From Chiloscyllium plagiosum (lineage: Eukaryota): DNA of 41,713 bases. The stretch lies in contig NC_057728.1 in the NCBI RefSeq assembly GCF_004010195.1, forward strand, positions 51,233,464 to 51,275,176, in the 5' to 3' direction. Shown here in pieces: positions 21,720-37,519 of this stretch. The notes below the pieces were generated by a model, which saw nothing but the letters and a program-made list of their open reading frames with translations, was not told the origin of the DNA and made no database searches. The position numbers were made by a program, and so were the translations under genes. How positions within the stretch are numbered: position 1 is the first letter of the stretch; every line of letters starts with the position of its first letter.

Positions 21720-22892
21720 GGATGGGCAATAAATTCTGGCCCAGCCATGCTAACCACATCCCCCATGAGAATCATTCAGTACTCGAACCTGCAGTCAGGT
21801 GTAAACCTCACCAGGAGCACATGAAAGACTACAGTAATTTCCTTCACCAAATACTCAGGTCTGACAGCATCTGCAGAGAGTGAGCGTGTTGCTTGTTGTC
21901 CTCTGATAGGGAAGTTGGTCAGCATTTTGCTCACTTTAAAATGAAGAGACACCCTACCTCGGGAGGCTTGCAATAGGGTGGTGTGGGGAGTGCATTCTTT
22001 ACAAGGTGAGAGTGATCTTTCCCACCCTTGGTAACAGGTACAGTTACACCATTTAAACGATGTTTGGACAGGTACATGAATAGGGAAAAGTTCAATGGAA
22101 ATGGGCCAAAAGCAGGCAAGTGGGACAAATTTAGTTTGGGATACCTGGTTGGCATGAACAAGTTGGACCGAAGAGTCTGTTTCTGTGCTGTATGACTATG
22201 TGCCATCTTAGTACGCAGGTACAGCAGATAATAAGAAAGGCAAATGGAATTTTGGCATTTATTGCTAAAGGAATAGAGTATAAATGTAGGGAAGCATTGT
22301 TGCAGCTGTACAAGGCAGTAGTGAGAGCATCTGGAGTATTGTCTACAGTTTCGGTGGGATTTCCTATTACCAAGGGTGGAAGAGATCATTCTCACCTTAT
22401 AAAGAATCCAGCACCACCACCCCTCCCCAAGGTGGGGTGTCTCCTCATTTTAAAGTGAATGAAATGCTGACCAACATCCCTATCGGGAGACAACGAGCAA
22501 TACACCTCTCCCTCACCCACCTCCCCATTCAGTCTATCCACTCTCTCTTGCTGTCTCTCTCCCCACAGCTCTGCAAATGCTGTCAGATCCATTGAGTATT
22601 TGCAGCACTTCCTGCTTTTGTTTGTTGAAGTAATCGGACAGTTGGCAGAGAGCTGACTCAGGAAGGATGAGCCAAATAGCCTCATTTCCCACCAACTGAA
22701 GCCTGCTCTCATCGTGTATCTTTTTGCTGACTGGTCAGCAGTGACTGTATAATTTGGAAGTCCAGTGAAAGAAATTACAGTATTCTTTCATGTGCTTCTG
22801 GTAAGGTTTACACCTGACTACAGATTCGAGTGCTGAATGATTCTCACAGAGGATGTGGTCTGTGTGGCCGGGTCAGCATTTGCTGCCCACCC
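21720..22892. repeat. Diverged inverted duplication: left arm about 21720-22034, right arm about 22367-22892
   Basis: GAGAATCATTCAGTACTCGAACCTGCAGTCAGGTGTAAACC pairs with GGTTTACACCTGACTACAGATTCGAGTGCTGAATGATTCTC; CCACCCTTGGTAA pairs with TTACCAAGGGTGG. Confidence 0.85.
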
Positions 22893-23342
22893 CTAATTGC
22901 CCCTGAACTGAAGATCTTGCTCAGCCATTTCAGGGAACAGTTAAGAGTCAATACAGAGCGTAGAGTTACGTGTAGGCCAGACCAGGTAAGAAGAGTAGAT
23001 GCCTTCTCTAAAAGGGCACGAAGTGAACCAGACAAGACTTTGTGACAATCGACAAGGATTACAGAGTTGTCACTAATTTAGCTTTTAGGATCAAAATTCC
23101 AATTTTGGGTGAATTTAAGACCACCAGCTGCTATGGTGAGATTCGAACCCATGCCCCCCTATACAATAATGTGCTGGAAAAACACTCCTGATGAAGAAGA
23201 CCTTATGCTCAAAACATCGACTCTCCTGCTCCTCAGATGCTGCCTGACCAGCTGTGCTTTTCCAGCACCACACTTTTTGACTCCAATCTCCAGTCCTCAC
23301 TTTCCCCCATCCCTATACATTAGCCTGGATACAAGCCCATTA

Positions 23343-23657
<315 letters not shown>

Positions 23658-23778
23658 TTACAAACAACTTTGACTGGGTAAAGGAGGCTATTCTGTTTCC
23701 ACTGCTTGGTACATCAGTAACTAGGGGTTCAGGATGGTCAGCAAGAGAGCTAGGAGAGAGATGTGGAGAAGTGTCAGA

Positions 23779-24093
23779 GGTGGCACGGTGGCTCAGTGGT
23801 TAGCACTGCTGCCTCACAGTACCAGGGTCCTGGGTTCAATCCCAGCCTTGGGTGATTGTCTGTGTGGAGTTTGCACGTTCTCCCCGTGTCTGCGTGGGTT
23901 TCCTCCGGCTGCTCTGGTTTCCTCCCACAGTCCAAAGATGTGCAGGTCAGGTGAATTGGCCATACTAAATTGCCCATAGTGTTAGATGCATTAGTCAGAG
24001 TGAAAAGGGTCTGGGTGGGTTACTCTTTGGAGGGTCGGTGTGGACTTGTTGGACCGAAGGGCCTGTTTTCACACTGTAGGGAATCAAATCTAC
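23779..24093 (+). mobile_element. HE1-like V-SINE
   Basis: GGTGGCACGGTGGCTCAGTGGTTAGCACTGCTGCCTCACAG head and V-domain; homologous to 15340-15657. Confidence 0.87.
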
Positions 24094-25424
24094 TTGTTAG
24101 AATTTGGACTGAGCTCCCTGGGAGAGTGGAGGAGGCTGATTCCATAGAAGATCTCACAACAGAGCTGGATACATATTTGAAAATGATGAATTTAAAGGTT
24201 ACAGAGATAAGGCTGGAGAGTGGGCCTAGCTGGGTACCTCTTTCAGGACAGACACTATGGGTTGAATGGTCTTCTTCTGTCATGTAAAATTTTATGGTTC
24301 TATAATCTGTCCCCATGTTCAAACATTCAAACCCTGCATTTCAAAACAGCCTTATCATAGTGAGGGGCAGGTTTTTCTCGATTCGTTCATGGGATGTGGG
24401 CATTGCTAACTGGGCCACCGTTTGTTGCCAATCTTTATTTGCTCTTGAAGAAAGTGGTAGTCATTTTTTTTCTTTATTCATTCACAGGATGAGGGTGCCG
24501 CTGGTCAGGAAGTATTTTTTGCCGAACCCTAATTACCTAGAGGGCAGTTACCTTCCCTGAAGGACATTATTCAGCATCTGGCAAGGCTTAGAGCAAGGCC
24601 ACCAACACCTCCCATACCTTGAAACCACACCGCACCTCTCTGCCCCACCCCTGACCAAATCTGGGGATGAGGTTCTACCTCCCAGCAGTGTCAGGGTCGA
24701 GGGGTTGCCACTCTAAAACGAGTCCTGCAATGTGGGGGCAGTTTGGTTTCACAGAGGCTGGACCTCTGTTAAGTCCAAGGAACTGGTGGGGCCTGGCTAT
24801 GAGGAGGGAGGGGCCCAGTTTGCGAGGCCTGGCTTGATGGTGGTGGGGGAGGAAGAGGAGGAATGAGAGGAGACTGTCTGATCTGGATGGAATACCTCTG
24901 ACAGGCACTCTGATGCCTGACACCACCACTTGGCATGGGAATCTTGATGTTGCTTGATGTTTTTTAAGGCCTCAATAGGCCCAAGGATGAGCAGGCCATT
25001 TGACTTCCCCACTGCAGCCACTAAAGCGGGAGACACGGCCAGGAGTCAGGGCAGTGATGGCAGAACGAAGGTGGACTCTCTTTCAATGTATCTTTTTATT
25101 GTTAAACTATTCAAAATAGTGCCAGATTGTGGCAACAGTTGAAGCTTTTCACTGTAGTTTACGGTATTATTCACTGTATAACACAAGTGACAATAAATCA
25201 TTCAATTCAATTCAAGGTCAGAAGCTGTCGGCAAGACAACAAGGCAGGCCACAAGTGGCAATTTGCAAGCTCCGACAACCAATGAAAGGACCCAACTCAA
25301 GTCCCAGTCCCTCAGTGCACAAGGGCTTGAAGGGCCTCAGGTTGTGACCTTTACCCATTGAGCCTCTGCAGCTGTTGCCCCAAGGTTTAGTGCATCCCTG
25401 AGTCCTGGACCTCAGAGTGTGTCA

Positions 25425-25765
25425 GTCGTAGAGTGGAAGTGTGGAAGCAGGCCATTCGGCCCATTGAGTTCCACACGGACCCTTCAAAGAGTATTCCATC
25501 CAGACTCTCACGTCTACCCCATCCCTATAACCCTGCATTTTCCCATGGATAATCCAACTTGCCTGCACATCCCTGGACACTATGGACAATTTAGCAAGGC
25601 CAATCCACCTAATCTGCAGACCTTTGTGTGAGGAAACTGGAGCACCCAGAGGAAACTCACGCGCATGTGCCAACTCCACACAGACAGTCACCTGAGGCTG
25701 GAATTGAACCTGGATCCGTGGCGCCGTGATGCAGCGGTGCTAGCCACTGAGCCACCATGCCACCC
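25425..25765 (-). mobile_element. HE1-like V-SINE, more diverged
   Basis: Minus head GGGGTGGCATGGTGGCTCAGTGGCTAGCACC and V-domain. Confidence 0.8.
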
Positions 25766-26254
25766 CAGTCTGCGGCACTTGGTCAAGGCCAACTCTTTGG
25801 ACTGAAAGACCAATGAACTTCAAGCAAATGCATGAAGAAAAGTTCAATGTTATTTCACTTTCTGTAATATTCAATTTGAAATGTTTTGCCTTCAAGCTGA
25901 ATAAATGACATGAAATGAACACTATAAATATCAAAAGCATTCAAATTGTATTGTAGCACCTTGGGGTCGGAACATGGAGAAAAGTGGAATTTTAGTGTCC
26001 TTTCTGTAGTAGTCAATTTGTAATTTTTTTTGGTAAATATTTATGCTAAGTAATTACCTTGGGTAAAAAGAAATAGCAATACATGATAGGAAACAGGAAA
26101 CTCTCAGAAATTCTCAGCTCGCGTCTGGGGGAAAAACCACAGGGTATCCAAGGAGCTTGCATTTGCACAGCAACATCACAGAGCCTCTCAAAACACATCA
26201 CAATTATTGTTGAGAGAAAAAAAATCATATTCTTCATCCTTCTGGAATTTAACA

Positions 26255-27540
<1,286 letters not shown>

Positions 27541-27543
27541 TTA

Positions 27544-27705
<162 letters not shown>

Positions 27706-27849
27706 TCAGAACAAAGCTGTGTTCAGTTAATGATTCCAGTCTGACAGTTTCAATATAAACCAGTGAGTGATGGGTGATGTAGCACTGCGGACTGCCTGTT
27801 CCCATGAAAAAAGATTTTAAAAAACCTTGTATTTAACTAGCCCTTCAGA

Positions 27850-28140
27850 CACAACTGCACTCCCTCAGCACTGACCCTCCGACAGTGCGGCACTCCCTCA
27901 GTACTGACCCTCCGACAGTGCGGCACTCCCTCAGCACTGACCCTCCGACAGTGCGGCACTCCCTCAGTACTGACCCTCGACTGCGCGCCCTCCCTCAACA
28001 CTGACCCTCTGACAGCATGGCACTCCCTCAGTACTGACCCTCGACTGCGCGGCGCTCCCTCAACACCGACCCTCTGACAATGTGGTGCTCCCTCAGTACT
28101 GACTCTCTGACAGTGCAGCTCTCCCTCAGCACTGACCCAC
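27850..28140. repeat. 33-bp minisatellite, about 9 copies, same unit as 1-318
   Basis: Tandem CCCTCCGACAGTGCGGCACTCCCTCAGTACTGA units, more degenerate toward the right. Confidence 0.93.
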
Positions 28141-28451
28141 CAAGAGAGATGGGTGGGAGTGAACGAACAAAATAATGAACAAAAGACAGACAAAAAGAAA
28201 ACCATAAAAATGTGATTGACCAGAAAACAACAAACATTAGGAACAAGCAATAGGCTGCAGTGTATCAAGATACACGAGCTGAAATATTTATGATTCTGAG
28301 GGGGTTTTGAAGGGTTGATGCAAGTTTACTCTGAAATGGAATCAGGACAAAAGGGAATGTTTTATGAATAAGTTGTCTCCCTTTTGACACAGAGATGATG
28401 CAGTTTTTTTGTCCAAGCAGTTCTTAAGTCTTTGGAATGCTCTTCTCCAAA

Positions 28452-29860
28452 CTTGTGCTCTCGAACTTGCCGCTCCCTTAGCCAAGCTGTTCCAGCACAG
28501 TTACAACACTGGTATCTACTCGACAATATGGAAAATTGCCTAGGTATGTTCAGTATTCAAATAGGTGGACAAATTAATGCCACATCAGTCTACTCTCGAT
28601 CATCAGTAAAGTGATGGAAGATGTCAGCATATGCTATCAAGCAGCATCTGCTCAGTGACACCCAGTTTGGGTTCCACCAGGGTCACTCAGCCAATGACCT
28701 CATTCCAGCCCTGGTTAAAAAGAGCTGAATTCCAGAGGTGAGGTGAGGGCAACAGCCCTTGACATTGAGGCTGCATGAGTGTGGCATCAAGGAGCCTTAG
28801 CAATACTGGAAACAATGGGCATCAGGAGGCAAACTCTCCAGTGGTTGGAGTCATACCTGGCACATAACAAGAGAGCTTTGTTGTTGGAGATCAGTCATCT
28901 AAGCTCCAGGACATCTCTGCAGGAGTTCCTCAGGGTAGTGTCCTAGGCCCAACCATTTTCAGCTGCTTTATCAGTGACTTTCCCTCCATCTTAAGGTCAG
29001 AGGTGGGGATGTTGACCAACGATTGCATAATGTTCAGCATCATTCCAACTCCTCAGATACTGAAGCAGTCCATGTCCAAATGCCCCAAGATCTGGACAAT
29101 ATCCAGGCTTAGTGGCAAATAAAACAGTCACGCCACACAAATGCCAGGCTATCACCATCACCAATAAGAAACAAACTCACCACTGCCCTTTGACATTCAA
29201 TGCTGTTTGCATCACTGAATCCCAAATATCAATAGCCGAAGGGTTACCATTAGCCAGAAACTCAAATGGACTAGTCATATAAACACAATGGCTACAAGAG
29301 CTGCTGAGACACAAGGAACACTGCAGCAGGTAACACATCTCCTCACCCCCCCAAAGCCTGTCCATCATCTACAAGGCACAAGTCAGGAGTGTGATGGAAT
29401 ACTCCCCACTTGCCTGGATGGGTGCAGCTCCAACAACACTCAAGAAGCTTCACACCGTCCAGGACAGAGCAGCCCACTTGATTGGCACTACATCCACAAA
29501 CATCCATTCTCTCCACCACTGATGCTTAGTACACGCTGCTGCTGCTATCTACAAGCTGCACTGCAGGAATTCACTGAAGATCCTCAGACAGCACTTTCTA
29601 TCTAGAAGGACCAGGGCAGCAGATACATGGGAACACTGCCACCTACAAGCCACACACCATCCTGTCTTGGAAATATATCACCGTTCCTTCACTGTCGCTG
29701 GGTCAAAATTGTAGAATTCCCTCCCTAACGGCATTGTGGGTCCACCTACAGCAGCTCAAGAAGGTAGGTAACCCTCGCCTTCTCAAAGGCAACTAGGGAC
29801 AGGCAATAAACATTGGCCCAGTCAGTGACACCCATGCCCAACGAATGGATTTTTAAAAAA
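28452..29860 (+). mobile_element. Decayed non-LTR retrotransposon (CR1/L2 group), RT plus 3' end, nested in a CR1 3' fragment
   Basis: RT-like DNA encoding ALDIEAA..VWHQG and GVPQGSVLGPTIFSCFISD; tail GGCAATAAA followed by an A-run at 29855. Confidence 0.75.
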
Positions 29861-30726
29861 AGACCGTACTGGAGACATTTGACCATTGAATTTATTCAAC
29901 TCTGAATCAGGCAGATTTTTGACTGATAAGAAAGACTTCTGTTATAGGCATCACGATGGCAAGTTAACACCACGATCAAATAGAATGATTTTATTAAGCA
30001 GTGGAGCAGGGCTTGAGGCATCAAATGATCTATTCCTGCTTCTGTTGCATGTTCTTGGAGGATCACCAGGATGTCAGAGCAGAATATAGACTATTCTACC
30101 CTTGGAAGAAAGATAAAATCGCAAGACCGAAGAACCCAGTGCCATTTCTGCATTTTTAGATTTGAAAATTATTACAATCCCAGATGTCGATAATACAGGT
30201 CAAGTTAAATTCCTAGCTCGATAGGTCATATTTTATTTAAATTAGTTAACGTGGTGGTTGGTCACTAAATCATATTCACATACGTAACAAACATAAGTAA
30301 CAAAATGCAAAAGGAGATGGTAACGGTTGTAGTGAAGAAAACAAAACACTAGAGTGAGTGTGAATGGCCATAACATTTGAAATTTAATATCCCCATCCTC
30401 TAACCTCTCTGCGACCTCCCCTTCTGAACTTCCTCTCCTTTCAATGGTGTAAAGCCCACCCCTTTTCCACCTCCTTCTGTTCCTAAGAAATATCTCATTT
30501 GACTCGAAACGCTAACTTGGTTTCTCTCTCTCTCTCCCCCCACAGATGCTGCCAGACCTGCTGAGTTTCTCCAGCATTTTCTGATTCTACCTCAAAGAAG
30601 CAGATAGCCAGCCCGACTGCCGGAGTCTGCCACCTACTGCGCTGCTGCTCGCTTACCAGTGCTGGGGCAATCTACCCCATGGTCTCTGAACAGTTTACTG
30701 TTAGTTTCCAACTGATCCCTGATTGG

Positions 30727-30845
30727 GAGAAAGTGAGGACCGCAGATGCTGGAGATCAGAGTTGAGTGTGTGGTGTTGGAAAAGCACAGCAGGTCAGGCA
30801 GCAGGAGAATCTATGTTTCAGGCATAAGCCCTTCCAGCACCACAC
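30727..30845. mobile_element. Short, internally deleted family A pseudo-LTR insertion
   Basis: GGAGAAAGTGAGGACCGCAGATGCTGGAGATCAGAG start; flanks CCTGATTGG/CCTAATTGG. Confidence 0.65.
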
Positions 30846-31665
30846 CTAATTGGCAAAGGCATTGCCATGGAGGAAGAAATGGGACACTATAGGCTCCCAA
30901 GCTCATGGGTAATTTAAAAGAAAACAGAAGTCTTGAACTTAATTCTTTCATGAAATAAACAATCATGATCGTGTGCTGCTTTTAGCGAAGCCTTGTTACA
31001 CATTTGATGGTTATCTTAAATTCTGTTGTTAGTGCAACTCTGGATTGCTAAGCAAGTTCTGACCAATTGCGGAATCACATCTGACAGATGTCCTGTAGAA
31101 AGTAGACAAAGTAGAAAAAGGTCATCATGCAATTAGGCAGTTAGGGTCTGAACTCCAGGAATCAACTCTCTTCTGAACACCGGCAATGAGGCTTCCGAAG
31201 ATAGGAGCTCGGAACCGAGACTATTAAGATACAAATTAGAACTAGGCCCTTCAAGCCTGCTCTGCCATTCAAGACAACTGCAGTTGATCTGCTGGTGGCT
31301 TCAAATCCACTTTCCTGCCGAACACCACCACACCTCCCCCAACCACTGCCACTGCATTCCATTATTAACCAAGAATCTCCTGCCTTCAAAATATTCAACA
31401 ACCTACCTTCACTAGAGTTTCAACAACTCAAGTCTTGGAAAGAATTTCCATTTTAAATGGGAAGACATCTTTTTTTTCCCCAATTATGTCCCCTGGTTCT
31501 ACTCTCTCCCACGAGGGTGTCCATCCTATCAGCAAATTGCGAATGGATTCTCTGACAAATGTGCCAATTTTGATAAAAGCCCCAACCATTTGAGCTCTTG
31601 AGCTGTGGATTTGGAGGAACGTGCCATTGATGATATGCTCGAACACCTACAGTATTCCCAAGTCA

Positions 31666-31788
<123 letters not shown>

Positions 31789-32084
31789 TTAAAACTCCTG
31801 AACTGGGAGTCCCAAGTTCAAGTCCCACCTGCTCCAGAGGCATGCAATAACATTTCCGAACGAGTTGATTGGAAAATATCTTCTGGTTGACTTTTTGAGA
31901 AACCTGCATTTTTAACACTGACAGCAAAGACCTTTTTATATTCAATTCCTCCAGTAATAATGTACATCTCTAAATGCAGCCATCTAGTTACCATGTTTCT
32001 GGTAGTTAGTCTCTTGTAGAAAGAGTGCAGAGGTGGTTTACCAGAAATGGTTCCAGGAATGAAACACTATCATTGTGAAGCGGG

Positions 32085-33957
32085 GTGGGGGAGGCGGGGC
32101 ATGTTCTGGTCATTTGGCACACTGACCTCTACACCGCTGAAGCCAGGCACCCACTCACAGACACGTCCTCTTACTGCCCCCTCGAACACGAACTCACCTC
32201 CCATCACCAAACCATCATCTCCCAGATCATTCACAACCTCATCATCTCTAGGGATCTCCAACCTCATCTTCCATGAACCCCGCACCGCCCGATTCCACCT
32301 CCTACCCAGGATTCACAAACCTGCCTTTCCCGTCGACCCATTGTCTCAGCCTGCTCCTGTCCCACTGAACTCACCTCTGCTTACCTTGACACTGTCCTGT
32401 CCCCCCTCAGTCCAGGAACTCCCCACCTACTTTCGGGAAACACCCATGCCCTTCACCTCTGCCAAGACTTGCATTTCCCTAGCCCCCTATGCTTTATCTT
32501 CACCATGGGCAAACAGTCCTTGCACACATCTGTCTGCCACGACGAAGGTCTCCAAGCCCTCCGTTCCTTCCTCTCACGCCGTCCCAATCAGTACCCTTCC
32601 ACTGACACCCTCATCCACCTGGCTGGTCCTCACCCTTAACAACCTCTCCTTCCAATCCTCCCGCTTCCTACAAACTAAAGGGGTAGCCATGGGCACCCAC
32701 ATGGGCTCCAGCTTTGCCTGCCTCTTTGTCGGGTATGTGAAACAGTCGATCTTTCACAGCTACACCAGCACCATCTCCCACCTTTTCCTCCGCTACATCA
32801 ATGACTGTATCGGTGCTACCTCGTGCCCCACGAGGAGATTGAACAGTTCAACCTCACCAACCTCAAATTCACTGAGACCACCTCGGACACCTCACTTCAC
32901 TTCCTGGACCTCTCCATCACCATCTCCAGCAACAGACTAATCACGGACATCTACTACAAACGCACAGACTCCCACAGCTACCTGGACTACACCTCCTCCC
33001 ACCATGCTATCCCTTATTCCCAATTCCTCCGTCTCCACTATATCTGTTCCCTGGATGACCAATTCCTGCACCTCCACCCTCGAATCCCATCCCTCCCAAT
33101 GCAACAAGGACAGAACGCACCCCCCCTCCCTGGTGCTCACCCACCAACCTTCCCTCCGCAACTCCCTCATCAGGTCCACACTCCCCACCAGTCCTTAGCC
33201 CACTACTGGCAACTTCCCCTGCCATCACAGGGAGTGCAAAACCTGCATCCACACCTACACCCTCACCTTCATCCAAGGCCCCAAAGGATCCTTTCACATC
33301 TGACACAAATTTACCTGTACCTCCACTAATGTCATCTACTGTATCCGTTGCACCCAAAGTGGCCTCCTCTACATCAGGGAGACGGGACGCCAACTTGCAG
33401 ATCATTTCAGAGAACATCTCTGGGACATCCACATCAACCAACCCCAGTGCCCAGTGGCTGAACAATTCAATTCCCCTTCCTAATCCACCAAGGACATGCA
33501 GGTCCTGGGCCTTCTCCATCACCAAACCGTAACCACCCAACGCCTGGAGGAAGAATGCCTCACCTTCTGCCTTGGGACTCTGCAACCCCACGGCATTAAT
33601 GTGGATTCACCAGTTTCTTCATTTCCCCTCCCCCTCCCACCTTATCCCAGTCCCAACTCGGCACTGCCCTCTTGACCCATCCATTATCTTTCCCATCTAT
33701 CTGCTCTACCCTCCTCTCCAACCTATCACCTCTTTCCCACCTTCATCTATGTATTGCAGTCCCAGCTACCTTCCCCCCAGCCTCACCCCCTTCCAATTTT
33801 ATCTCTCAGCCCCCCACCCATAAGCCTAATTTCTGATGAAGGGCTTATGCCCGAAACATCAGTTCTCCTGTTCCTTGGATGCTGTCTGACCTGCTGTGCT
33901 TTTCCAGTATCACTCTTGACTCTGATCTCCAGCATCCGCAGTCCACACTTTCTCCTA
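32085..33957 (+). mobile_element. Penelope-like element (RT + GIY-YIG endonuclease), decayed, with a 3' pseudo-LTR carrying a hammerhead core at 33833-33860
   Basis: FLQTKGVAMGTHMG...FLRYIND; TDIYYKRTDSHSYLDY; NVIYCIRCTQSGLLYIRETGRQLADHFREH from 33328; many frameshifts. Confidence 0.9.
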
Positions 33958-35210
33958 CTGGTGATGGTGGGGGAGTTTGAAGAGCAGAAGGTAGGATCAG
34001 AAGTTAGGAGGGGATTTGGAACACTGCGGGGACTATTAGGGTTAGTCAGGCACCAGAGCAGGGTGGGTGTTCATGGGGGAGAGGCAGCTGCAGGGAGCAA
34101 TGAATACAGAGAAATCAAAATGTCCAATGAGGCCTACATGTGGCTTCCTCTCAATGCCTAAAGGTGGCATGTTATCAGTATTACCCTCCTCTGTAGGCGT
34201 CACAGCAGGTTCTGTCTCAAAACTCTACAGATTGAGGTCTGAGTTGTAATGATAACACCCAGTCTGCATAGTGATTCCTCACTTCCCCCTTTCAGCTGAG
34301 GCTGAAACCTGATCCAGGTCCCTGAGTGAGAAGCTATTCAGGAAAATCTTCTTTAAATTGCCTTGAGCACTAAATCCTCTCTTCCTGAAACCAGTTTGCA
34401 AACGCAAGTCCTGTTCGAACTGTTGGCAAGGTGTCAATACAATCAACTGACAGACGCTGCACTCGGAGTGTGAAGTCTCTCACAGGATGAGCGTGTGTGT
34501 GGAGAAATTGCTGGAGAGTTTTAGTCTGATCCATTGTGCCAGGAAAGGGGGACCTACTTTCATGTATTAAATAGAAGAGCAAATGAAGGTTTTAACATTG
34601 TTACAGCTGATCAGGAAAGTGATGGCTTGTGGTATTTTCCCTAGATTACTAATCCTGAACCTCAAGCTAATGATCTGGGAACAGTTTAAAATCCCACTTG
34701 GCTGATGGGGACATTTGAATCAAAAATAATAAATTAAAAGCTAGCCTAATTGTCACAGTATAGCCATCATTGATTGTTGGGAATCAGATAGGTTTTTACT
34801 AATGTCTGTTGGGGAAGGAAACCGCTGTCCTTACCAGGTCCAGTCTACATGTGACTCCAGACCCACAACTGCTCTCTGAAATGGTCCTAACAAGCCACTC
34901 AGATTCAGGAACAATGAGAGATGGGTAGTAAATGCAATCCCACGAAGGAACGAAAACAAAAAAAAAGGTCAGGTAATGGCCATACCACATCCTTTAAATG
35001 AAGCAAGATTGTGCAAACAAACCTGAAGTCAAGGTGCACAAATGTTGAAAATCCTTCTTGTCTCTAGCTATGTCTTGCTGCAATGGAGTGAGATTTTCAG
35101 AACCTCTACATTTATTTTACAGCCTGCACTGACCATCGGAGAATATTCAATGACACAGACTACAGGACTTTCTGCTTGATTTAGTTACTGATCATTAATA
35201 TTCCTCTTTA

Positions 35211-35375
<165 letters not shown>

Positions 35376-35516
35376 TCAGACTGAGTTTATGTACACTAAC
35401 ACACACACAGTCCAACTGATGTTTGCGCACAGGAAATTGCACACCAATACACACATGCTCCAACACACAACTCACACCAATGTACATACAGGTACAAGCA
35501 TGTGTACAGACTGCAA

Positions 35517-36629
35517 TATGATGTTCTGATCCCAGTTGGTTTTATAACTGGACAAGTTAGATCCCAAACTAAAATCTGACTTAATGGATCATATTTTGTT
35601 TTTTTTCCTGGTGTTAACGAAATGGTCTTTCACTGAAACACAAACATATGATTCTACAGCTTCCGTTTTAACAATAAAACAAGTTAATAGCACTGAAGAA
35701 ATGAAGTTATTTAAATACGACATAAGTTTAAAGATTTTGAAACACATGGTAAATTATAATCCAATTAACCTGAACAGCGCTTCTTTACAATACTCAACCA
35801 CCAGAGAGAGAATTCTCTTTCTATCAAACAGAGCTTGACTCAGCCGTGGCTTCAATTCCCTAGTCCTGAGAACCTGATGGCTTTTTCCTCAATTCTTCCT
35901 ACAACTGAGCATTGCTTTTCTTAGCATCAAAATATCTCTTCAGGATTTTAACCAAACACTTCTGACCTGGAACTTTAAAACTAAACTTCTTACACTGAAG
36001 TAAAGTATTTCTTAACAGTTGCAAACTATTTCACACATCCAGGTTCAGGTAACATTTCTACAAAGCTGCCAAACTGAAATCCAAGAGCTTTTCTCCAAGT
36101 TAGAGATATTTCCCCTAATTAGAAGAAAATCAACCAACCATTTTCTGGCCTTTTAAACTGAAAGCTGAATGCACAACTGTCTACTTTTCTCAATTGTAAA
36201 CTCTCCCAATCAGAACAGTTACCCATCAACCTCTAATAACTCAAATAAAAGCAAAAACCTATGGAAGCTAGAAATCTGACAGAAACCCAGAGAATGCTGG
36301 AGAAATTCAGCAGGTCTGACACCATTTACGGAGACAGAAACAGAGATAACGTTTTAAGTCCAGTATCAAAATGTTATCTCCATGTCTCTCTGACATTGCC
36401 AGTCTTGCTGAATTTCTCCAGCATTCTCTTTTTTTTTAAATCTTCAAGAACTCTTTCTCTCTCAGACTGTTGTTAGTTTTTATAACTAAATCACTATGGC
36501 TACAAAAATATCAACAAATTAATCATTAAACCATCTCAAACATGCAGACCAAAACCCACATACCACTAATTCAAAGTCCAACCTCAAAGATAAATTATAT
36601 TTAAAATAAAGCAAATACTTTACATCACA
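35517..36629. mobile_element. Possible solo LTR or other AT-rich insertion
   Basis: Short terminal inverted match TATGATGT...ACATCACA; splits a CA-rich tract; no clean TSD. Confidence 0.3.
36242..36437. mobile_element. Inverted pair of pseudo-LTR fragments (family C)
   Basis: AGAGAATGCTGGAGAAATTCAGCA pairs with TGCTGAATTTCTCCAGCATTCTCT; related to 14260-14380 and 30480-30590. Confidence 0.6.
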
Positions 36630-37519
36630 GCGTATACACATGCTATCCAAAACACACACACCAGCTCAAACACACCAAAACCACAAAAATACAGAAAGGC
36701 TTAATTATAGTTGGTAACTGCTAAAAGCATGGAAACATCATTGACATGTATTTTATATCAGTGCTGATGTTTACAGAGAAGAGCAAAAAGGACAAAAAAA
36801 AGAAAGAAAGAACTTGAAGTCTAACACAAGGCATCTCATCAAATTAATTATTTTGAGGTGTTGTTTTGTGTGACAAATGCAATGGCCAATGAGTATACAG
36901 CAAGACCCCACACATAGCAGACTCAGTGATAGCATTCAAAAGGAAATTGGATAACATTGCATACATATGACAAAAATACAGGAAAAAAACCTGATATTGC
37001 TCTTTCCAGCATTACAAGAGGGACTTCACAAACACTTATTGGCTGTAAAGTACTTTGAGATGTTCGTTGGTTGTGAAGTTGCCACATAAATGCAAGATTT
37101 TCTTTAAGAACCTGCATTGCCAAAGTGGTCTTCATCTACACTGTAACATTCTCCGACAGCAAAATTCCATTCTTGTCAATGGTAGAAACAGGTGCCAAAG
37201 CCAGTGCATACATTCAATAACTGCAATCAGAAATTACACATCAGAGTGGAGGGAAAGGCTGGTACAACCATGTGCACCTTAAATATTAATGAATTAATTA
37301 ATCCATAAAGACATCGGGTCTAACAGATGGAAACTAATACAGCCCCACCCAATAAATCACATACTTGCTATTTACAGGATATTCAGGTGCAGAATATTTT
37401 GAGCTTTTGGAGGATCTCTTTTCTTTATGATAAATGTACTGATAATTAACAATGTCCAGTTACATAGACCTGTTAATACAGTAAAACATCTCTAACACAC
37501 TTCACAGGAGTGTGGTCAA

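Noticed and set aside
34370..34582. Minus-strand 70-aa ORF as an extra ABTB3 exon or small gene
   Set aside because: No recognisable homology, and the flanking exons 35247 and 31764 already join in frame
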